A DNA stretch of 45,980 bases from the IMG/VR virus record IMGVR_UViG_3300017903_001334, positions 1 to 45,980 of that record; one strand, given 5' to 3'. Below, in pieces: positions 29,206-37,600 of the stretch. Made by a program: the position numbers and the translations under genes. Position 1 is the stretch's first letter. Every line of letters starts with the position of its first letter. This DNA comes from a virus (lineage: Duplodnaviria > Caudoviricetes). The notes beneath the pieces are model-generated. The model was not told the origin of the DNA. It made no database searches and saw only the letters and a program-made list of their open reading frames with translations.

Positions 29206-29910
29206 ATGTCATTTACAGTAGCAACAATAGCAGCAGTAGGTTTAGGCGCAGCTAAAGGTATATCTGGCTTTATAAAGAATAGAAAAGCAAAAAAAGAACA
29301 AGAAAAAGCTAACGCAGAGCTCAAAGAGCGAATGAAGGCTTATGAAAACTTAGACACTTCTAATCCTTACGCTGGTCTTAAAAACGAAATGGAAGGTATG
29401 GAAAATACCTTTGAAGACTTAACAGTTAATACACAGCAAGCTGAATTTGAAAGAGATGCTTTTCAACAGCAGCAAGCAAATATCATGGGTAGTATGGAAG
29501 CTGGCGGATCATTTAGCGCTGGTAATATACAAGCTTTAGCAGGTGCAGCGGCACAGCAGTCTAGGCAGGCTTCAGCTAGTATAGGTGCTCAAGAAGCTGC
29601 TAACCAACAAGCAGCAGCTCAAGGCGCTGCCGATGTTCAATCACAAACGCTTCAAGGTAGACAGCAAGTTGGTATGATGAAAGCTCAAGGAGAAGCTATG
29701 TCTAGACAAATGGAAGCTGATAAACAAGCTACACTTTTAGGCATGGCACAAGAAGGTAAAGCTCAGGCAGATGCTAACAAAGGCGCTGCAGAGCAGCAGA
29801 TGATAGGTGGTATTACAGATATGGTTGGAGCTTTTTTTATGAAAGATCCAAAAATGAAATCATCTGTTAGCAAACCTAAGCGTAAGAAAAAAGCTAAATC
29901 TAAAAAATAA
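29206..29910 (+). CDS. Putative ejection (internal virion) protein 1
   Basis: Hydrophobic Gly/Ala N-terminus, Gln/Ala-rich coiled coil and basic C-tail. First of three genes of increasing size. Confidence 0.7.
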   Translation: MSFTVATIAAVGLGAAKGISGFIKNRKAKKEQEKANAELKERMKAYENLDTSNPYAGLKNEMEGMENTFEDLTVNTQQAEFERDAFQQQQANIMGSMEAGGSFSAGNIQALAGAAAQQSRQASASIGAQEAANQQAAAQGAADVQSQTLQGRQQVGMMKAQGEAMSRQMEADKQATLLGMAQEGKAQADANKGAAEQQMIGGITDMVGAFFMKDPKMKSSVSKPKRKKKAKSKK

Positions 29911-29916
29911 GTAGTC

Positions 29917-31677
29917 ATGGCACAAGATCCGAATTACACAAGTTACTATGACCAATACATGGCTAATAGAGCAGCTAGAGATCAAGAAAGAATTAAGCTA
30001 GCTAGCGCTGGCGTGCCTGTTGAGAACATGGGTATAACAGGATTATCTAGCGCTTTTGATAGTCTTCAGGCTATGATACGTGATTATAAAAACTCTGACG
30101 AGTACAAAGCCAAAGTAGCTGCAAAGCGAGAAGAAAGAGCAGCTAAAGAAAAAAATAAAGAAGCGGTTGATAAGCAAATTGAAGGACGTGATCCTAACAA
30201 AAAAAATACAACGAAGGAGGAAACTGCTGAAGCTCTAAGAACTAACACAACTCCTAAAGATCCTGAAGTAAAAATAAATCCTTCTCAAAATGTTACTAAT
30301 TACGCTAGCTTTATGCCATCGGCAAATAAAATGAAAAGCCCTATGAAATACGGTAGAGCAGACGCAACTTTAATAGCTGGCGTTAGACGTATGAATCAAG
30401 CTAGAAACTCTGTTAACGTTTTTCAACCTATTGATGATTTAGTCGATAGAGTTAGATTAATGAAACAAGAGGTTAGAAACAAAGCTAATAAAGAGCTAGA
30501 GCAATATAGCTTAGAAAAAACTAATGACGCTTTTAGTACGTTTAAAAATGGCACTAACGCGGCTACTCAGTATTTATCTGAGCAAAAAAAGCTAATGTCA
30601 GATTTAAAAGCGCGAGCTGAATTAGTTGGAGTTAATAGCCCTGAATACCCTAAGTTAAAAGAGCAAATCATTGCTATAGAAGATAAGTGGAAAGCACTGA
30701 ACACTCAAATGGTAAACATACAAACAGCAAAAGATACTTGGGCTAATATGCATGGTAGAGGTGAGGGTGAAGGAAATAACGATGGTAGATTTAGATATTC
30801 TAATGCCATGCTTGATCTGCCAGAGTATGATTACTTAAACCAAATACACAGCGGTCAAGCTGACATGCTTATAAACAACGAGGGTCAAATTGAGTTTGTA
30901 GTAGCTAATATGAACGCTACTGGCGAAACTATGGTTGTCAGCTTAGATGATTTAGAAAATAGCATATACAAAAGAGATGACGCTGGTCTTGAAGCTTACG
31001 CTAAATATAGAAGTCAAGTTGAAGCTACTCAAAAAAATAATTTACCTTTCAACCAAGGTAAAGCAGAGAGTTTAGTTAACCAATTGTTTGGAACAAGACA
31101 AGATCCTAATAAAAAAAATATGGTATCTTGGATGTATGATGATTTAGACGGTGATGGTAAAACATGGATCGATGACTTTTCTTTAGAGAACTCTGACTTT
31201 GACGTAAATTTGTTTAGTCCTAACGCAGACTGGAACCAGATGTACAATGAAGATCAAACTGTAGGCGAGTGGTTAAGAGATGAGCTAAAAGCTTACTATG
31301 TTGAAAGGCTTAGAGGTTTTCACAACAACTTAGTTAAAGCTAATGGCAAGTCTACAATAAGTGAATATGGAACTGGTGATTATGACGAAAATTACAATAA
31401 CAAAAGCAATAAGCCTTTGTCCGCGGCTGAAAGATTAAGACAGCAAAAAATAAAAGATCAAGAGCTACAAATTAAAAATTACCAAGAATCGTTTACCCCA
31501 AATACACAAATTATTGATATTCCAGGTAGATCTAAAGCTCAATTTAGAATGACTGCAGACGGTAATTATCATTACTATGTTAATGGTAAATTACAGACTC
31601 GACCGGTTGAAGGACAAGGTGACCAACCGATGGTATTTACTTATGAGCAAGCTCGCAACTATAAACCTTTATTTTAA
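29917..31677 (+). CDS. Putative ejection protein 2 (586 aa)
   Basis: Helical protein between ejection protein 1 and the giant protein. Internal KSPMK at aa 140-144. Confidence 0.65.
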   Translation: MAQDPNYTSYYDQYMANRAARDQERIKLASAGVPVENMGITGLSSAFDSLQAMIRDYKNSDEYKAKVAAKREERAAKEKNKEAVDKQIEGRDPNKKNTTKEETAEALRTNTTPKDPEVKINPSQNVTNYASFMPSANKMKSPMKYGRADATLIAGVRRMNQARNSVNVFQPIDDLVDRVRLMKQEVRNKANKELEQYSLEKTNDAFSTFKNGTNAATQYLSEQKKLMSDLKARAELVGVNSPEYPKLKEQIIAIEDKWKALNTQMVNIQTAKDTWANMHGRGEGEGNNDGRFRYSNAMLDLPEYDYLNQIHSGQADMLINNEGQIEFVVANMNATGETMVVSLDDLENSIYKRDDAGLEAYAKYRSQVEATQKNNLPFNQGKAESLVNQLFGTRQDPNKKNMVSWMYDDLDGDGKTWIDDFSLENSDFDVNLFSPNADWNQMYNEDQTVGEWLRDELKAYYVERLRGFHNNLVKANGKSTISEYGTGDYDENYNNKSNKPLSAAERLRQQKIKDQELQIKNYQESFTPNTQIIDIPGRSKAQFRMTADGNYHYYVNGKLQTRPVEGQGDQPMVFTYEQARNYKPLF

Positions 31678-31683
31678 TACAAT

Positions 31684-34600
31684 ATGTACAAAGATCAAGA
31701 TGGAAACACATACGACGAGCAGTCGTTATCTGTATTAGCTAAGCAGTCAGGCTTAGACTTAGCAATGTATACAAGCATGAATGGCCTGGAAAAGTCAACG
31801 AGCCCTCAGATCGAGGATGCAACTGCAGGGCCCGCAAGTACGGCATCCAACTTGGGAGTTTATTCTTTGGGCTCTTTATCGACAAGACTAGCTGTTGCAA
31901 AACTGATAGGTAAAGATACACAAAGCTCTAGCCCTATGAAGTTTAATGTTCCTATGGGGCCTGAGCCTAGCGAAGATGAAAGCGAAGCTCGAACTATAGA
32001 AGAGATAGACAAGGTTAAAGAAGACGCTGATAAGTTAGCTTCTGAATTTGAAGCGGCAGAGCAAGCCGCGAAAAAGCAAGAAGAACAAAAAAGACTCAAT
32101 GCTAAAGTTGCGGCTATGTCTAATCAACAATATAGAGATTATTCTGCTCAATTAGAAAAATTGCCGCCAATGAGTTACGAAGCCGTTAACATTCAAGAGT
32201 TAATGGATAACATTGTTCAGCTTGAATACGAAAGGCTTTATGATCCTACGTTTCAAGCTAAGTCGGACTATGATTACAACAAAGCTCAAATAGAATCGAT
32301 GAACATACCAAAAACTGCTGAAAAAACAATAGTCATGTACGACGCAGATGGTAATGTTACTGAAGATAAAACTCAAGCTGTAAAGTATGACGAAGCTATT
32401 AAATTTACTGAAAACACAGAAAATTTGTCCCTCTCCGACCAAGAGGCTATTCGCCAAAACAACATGTACAATAGGATTTTAGATGTGTACACTAGCAATG
32501 AGGGGCTGGGGCCTAAGACAACTTTTTTTGGTTTTGATTTATTTAAGCAAGAAATACCTGAAGCAGAGCAGCAAGTGTTAGATGAAGAAGTTAAAAGAGA
32601 GATGATCGGCTTGTTGTCGCGAGGCGCCGGTATGGATAGAGCTAAACAAAAAATACTTGGAAACAAAGGAGATATATCAGACATTACTTTAGAAGAAAGA
32701 AAACAGTTAATGTCAGAAGCAACGAGTATTGTTTTAAATAAAAGAAATTCTTTAATAGCAGACTCTTTTGGTGAATTAATAGACAGGCAAGATATAGTAG
32801 AGTCTAATCAAGATATATTAAACAAAGACGTAGAACAAACTATTGCTGTATATTCTAGTAAGTTTGAAGATTTACAAAAAAAGTTTGATTTGTTAGGAGA
32901 TGTTGATGAAAACTCTGACTATCAAGTCATAGAAGCGTACAATAATTTAGTTTCTGAATATCAAGATTTAGATGCTAAATACAAAGATTACTTAGAACAA
33001 ACAAGGCAAAGACAAAACTCTTTAAGCAGCGAATTTAACAGCGTTAAAGGTTTAGTTGAAACGCTACAAGAAGATTATGAAAATAACTTTGTAGAGTTAG
33101 ATATAAACGCTTTAACAGGTCAACTTAACTCTCCGCTTGAAGAGACTACAAAAGCTTACTCTGAGTATAAAGAAAGATTTTATGAAAAAGCTAACAACTC
33201 AGACAATATAGCAAGCTCTATGGTCTATAAGTTGACAGACTCCGCTCTTAAGCTTTTAGACGCCTCTGACGTGTTTGCGTACTTAAACCCATTATATTCA
33301 ACCGTAGGATTAACTGGAATAGCTTACGACGCGTTTGGAGTAGACTCTTTCCTTTCAGGTGGTGAAAAAAAATACACCGCTACTGATTATATTTTAGAAA
33401 GTCTTTTTCAAAATCCTATAAGTATACCTACTTCAGAAGGCGAGACCGCGGTAACAAAAGATTTTGATCAACTTGGTGAAGCTACGGTTGAACTATTTAC
33501 TAGTGGTTTTGATAATAAATCAAGACAGCTGTTTAAACAAGCTACAGGCAACTTTTTTGGAGAAGATATAACCGGCATGAAAACACTTAACGCAGTGTTA
33601 ACAGGTCTTCCTTACATGATTGGTATTATGAAAGGAAAAACGTTTACTAAAGTAAAAGATGTTCCTAAGTTTTTTAAAAACAGCCATAAAAAAGTATTTA
33701 AAAAGAAATCAGCTAACAATGTTTTAAGAGATGTTAATATGATAACGGCTTCTTATAAGATGACTGTTTTCGATGCTTATCATGAAGGTATTGATCGAGG
33801 GCTTGATAAAGACAAGGCTTTACTGTATGCTAACGTTTCATCTGTAATAACAGGTTTAACTCAAATGATTATGCCTGACGAGTTCTTTGTAAAAGGTGGC
33901 GCTGGATCTCTTGCGCTTAAAACTTTTGCTGGAAATTTAAAAAGAGCTACAAGTCAAGCCGCAGCTAAGAAAGCTGTTACAACTTTTTTTACAAACATAG
34001 CGAAAGAAATTGGGGAAGAAGAGTTAGACTTTGTAATGCAAGAAGTACTAAAAAGTATATCTATAAGCGGTCATGAAACAGCTGCTCTTAATATATCTTC
34101 TCACTTAGAGCTCTTATTTAATACAGTTGCTTTAAGTGGTACTGTTGGTGCTGTTGGTGCTAGAAATAGATATAAAACAGAAAGAAAAACTCTCAACAAG
34201 GCAATTATTAGAGAAACTTACGATATTAACGAAAGTTTAAACGACAGATTATCTGTAATACAAAGAAAAAAAGAGATAATTGAGAAGTTAACAACGTTAA
34301 GTCAAGAGCAAAAAGATCGTAGAATAGAAGAGCTTGATAAACAAATACAAAGTATTTATAAAGCGCAAACTTACAATAACAATATAAAAAACGCTGCAGC
34401 TGTAGCACCTGAATTTATTAACTACGATCAACTAGACATATTAAGACAAAGACAAGAGCTAGAAAACGAATTAAAAACAGCCAAAGGAGAAAAGAAAAAA
34501 GAAATACAAGATAAAATAGGTGAGCTAGAAGTAGAGTTTGAAAACGCTAAAGTAAACCAACAGGCCGATGTTATACTAGATAGAACAATAGAGAGTATTC

Positions 34601-37600
34601 AAAAATTTTCTGGCGACAGCTTTATAGTTGGTGAAGACGTTGAAGATACTCAGCAAAAGCTAACAGCTATCAACGAAGCTTATAAAGAAATAAACGAACA
34701 AGAAGGAAAAGAAGTATATAAAATACTTACAGATCAAGAGATTGAAGATGCGGCGAGGCAAGAAGGATTTAACTTTGGAGATGTTAAAGTTATAAACAAG
34801 CAAGTATCAAGAGCTACCGGCAACACAAATGTAGCTGCGCATGAGTTTTTACATGACATATTAAAACAAACACTAAATACTAATAAGCAAGCAGCTTTAA
34901 AAATAGCAGACGCTTTTGGTAATTTATTGATAAGTTTAGATCCAGAGCAGTTTAATAATAGTACATTTAGAAAAAAGTTAGAGCTATATCAAACAACACA
35001 GGCTGACGTAAACAGAATAATTGAAGAAAATCCTAACGCTACGAGTCGAGAGTTAGATGAGTTAATAAACAAGCAAATAGACGAAGATATTCACAAGCAA
35101 GCTATAGAAGTTATAACACTAGCATCGGATGCTTTTGCTACTGGTGATCTAAGCTTTGATGTTTTACAAAAAAGAGGTCTTACAGATAGAATACGAAGAG
35201 TAAGACAGAACTTACAAGGAACTTTTCTAGACAGATTTGCAATGGAGATAGAGTTTAACACTGGTGCTGATGTGTTTAACTTTGTAAAAGACTACAATAC
35301 TAGTGTAAAGAAAAGTAAATTAACTAAAGCTCAAAGAGCGTTGTTAGACGGTAAGATACAGGGTAGGCTTACAGAAGGTGAGCAAACGCAAGATGTAGGC
35401 CCTCAAGAATCTAGAGTTTATCAAAGAGTTGAAGAAAGAAAAGATCAAATAACCTCTACAGACGAAAGCACAAAAAGAGAAGGTGTTTTCATGGCCGCAA
35501 TGGAGCTTGAAAACGAAATAGATAGAAGATTACCTACAATAGAAGGTATGACTGCTGAAGAAAGAGCTGACGTAGTTAGAAATTTTATGTTTAATGAAAC
35601 AAGAGGTTTGGTTGGCCTATTAAATAAATACAATCCTGACATAAACGATAGCGTTATGGGTTACTTAAACGCTAAGCAAAGAGGTATAAGCTTACTAGAC
35701 GCTAGACTTCAAGAGTTTTATCAGAACGATCCTAGATTTGGAAACATTATACAATCAACTAGCGAAGAAGCTGTTGGTACAAAGGTTGAAAGAAGAACAG
35801 CTGAAGACGCTGAACCATCAGCTAAGCCAAAGCAACCTAAAACAAAAGGTGTTATAGTAGCTAAAAGATTTAATGCTGTTAAAGACGCTCAAGCATTAGC
35901 TAACAAAGAGTTTGAAAATATAAAAGATGATATAACTTCTTTGGCTGATACGCCTAGAATAATGACTAAGCTAGTTAGCGAGATAACAGGTATACCAGTT
36001 AAAAAGCTACAAGAGTTTATTATCGATGAAAACGGTAAGAAGGTTAAGAATCCAAGCTATTTAGCTAATTTATCTGATAGTGAGCTAGCTTCTGCTCAAA
36101 GAGCCGTCAAGAAATATGATAGCGTAATACTAGAGATACTACCAAAGCAGCACACTGTAAAGCTAGTTAAGGTTAAAGGTGCAGACGGTGTAACTAGAGA
36201 GGTTGAAAGACCTGACAAAGCAACTAAAATATCTGGAAAAGTTAAAAAAGCTTTATACGTTAAAGGCAAAAGAAAAGATAACTTAACTCCATTTAATAAA
36301 AAGCCTGGGCTAAAAGAAAAAGATGTTAGAGAGCTTGCTGGTATAGTAGACGGCGTGCCTGATAGATCAGACAGAAACACTTCCGCAAGTGTGCTTGGTA
36401 TATGGACTACTGTAGATAAAGTTTGGAGTAATCAAGAAATTAGGTTAGAAGCTGCGCGAAGAGGATTACCTATGCAATGGATGTCTGGAATACGTAATGG
36501 CAATGACGCTATATTATTCTCTAAGTCTGGTGTTCAAGAGGTTGGATCTTTTGCTAGATCAATACCTGTAGAAAGCCGAGGCTTTTTCTTCGATCGTATA
36601 CCTGAGTTTGCGAACGAGCCTGTTCTTGGAAACGATTACAAGAGCGTTGAAAACGCTGTGCAAAGAGTTTGGGGTGATTTACCGTTTGTTGACGTTCCTA
36701 CAATCGCTAGAGGTATACATAAAGCTTTCCAATACATTACGCCTAAGATAGCGAAAGACCCTGTTAAACTAGCAGAGAAGCTGCTTACGGTTGATAATGA
36801 TATGCTATCTAAAGTTAGGCAGTTTGCTGGTAGTAGTATAGAAGCTTCTAAAGCTTTTCAAGATCCTGAAAGAGTTAAAAAAATGGTTGCTACTCAATCG
36901 GCTATTGCAAACGAAATATGGGACGCTAGTAATCCTGAATTGTCATTGCTAAAAATAATGATGATGAAAGGTCATTTAGCTAGCATGAGCAAAAACAAAT
37001 ATTTGCAAAGAACACAGCCTTTTCCTCCTGGACAAGCTTTTATTGATAACACGTTACTTACAATACCAGATATTAAAAAAGTAAATACTAAGACTGATGC
37101 AAGGGGCGGTATAAGCGTTGCATCTATAGTTTTGACTAACGGAAAAGTTGTTAAGCCAAAAATTAAAGTTAAAGGTAAAGAAGTCAATGTAACTTCTAGC
37201 CAAGGAGTTAACACAGCTATCAAAGAGCTAAAGAGCGGAGATTTAACTAAAAGAAGAAGAGATGAAAAAATAGCTCAAGAGCTTCTTAATGATATTATAG
37301 AAATAACATCTAGATATTTAAAAGAAGGTACTATAGATAATGTTGACTTAATGATGAACATGGCCTCTTTATTAAGCGGTATGAATAGCGTGTTAGCTAG
37401 AGCTGGTAAGCTAAAGTATATGACGCCAAGAGCTAGAGATGGTAAAGGGCCTTTCCGCTACGAACACATGATACCTAGAGTAGTAGTTTTAATGAACATG
37501 TTTGACGCTCACATAAACGGTAACGGTATAGAAAATGTTGCTGAGTTCTTGCAAAACTACGAGGTTGCTGTTACGTCTGTAGACATGGACGATGTATTTA

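Noticed and set aside
31135-31160. DDLDGDG in the 586-aa protein as an RNA polymerase active site
   Set aside because: No double-psi-barrel context. It better fits a DxDxDG Ca-binding loop or chance.
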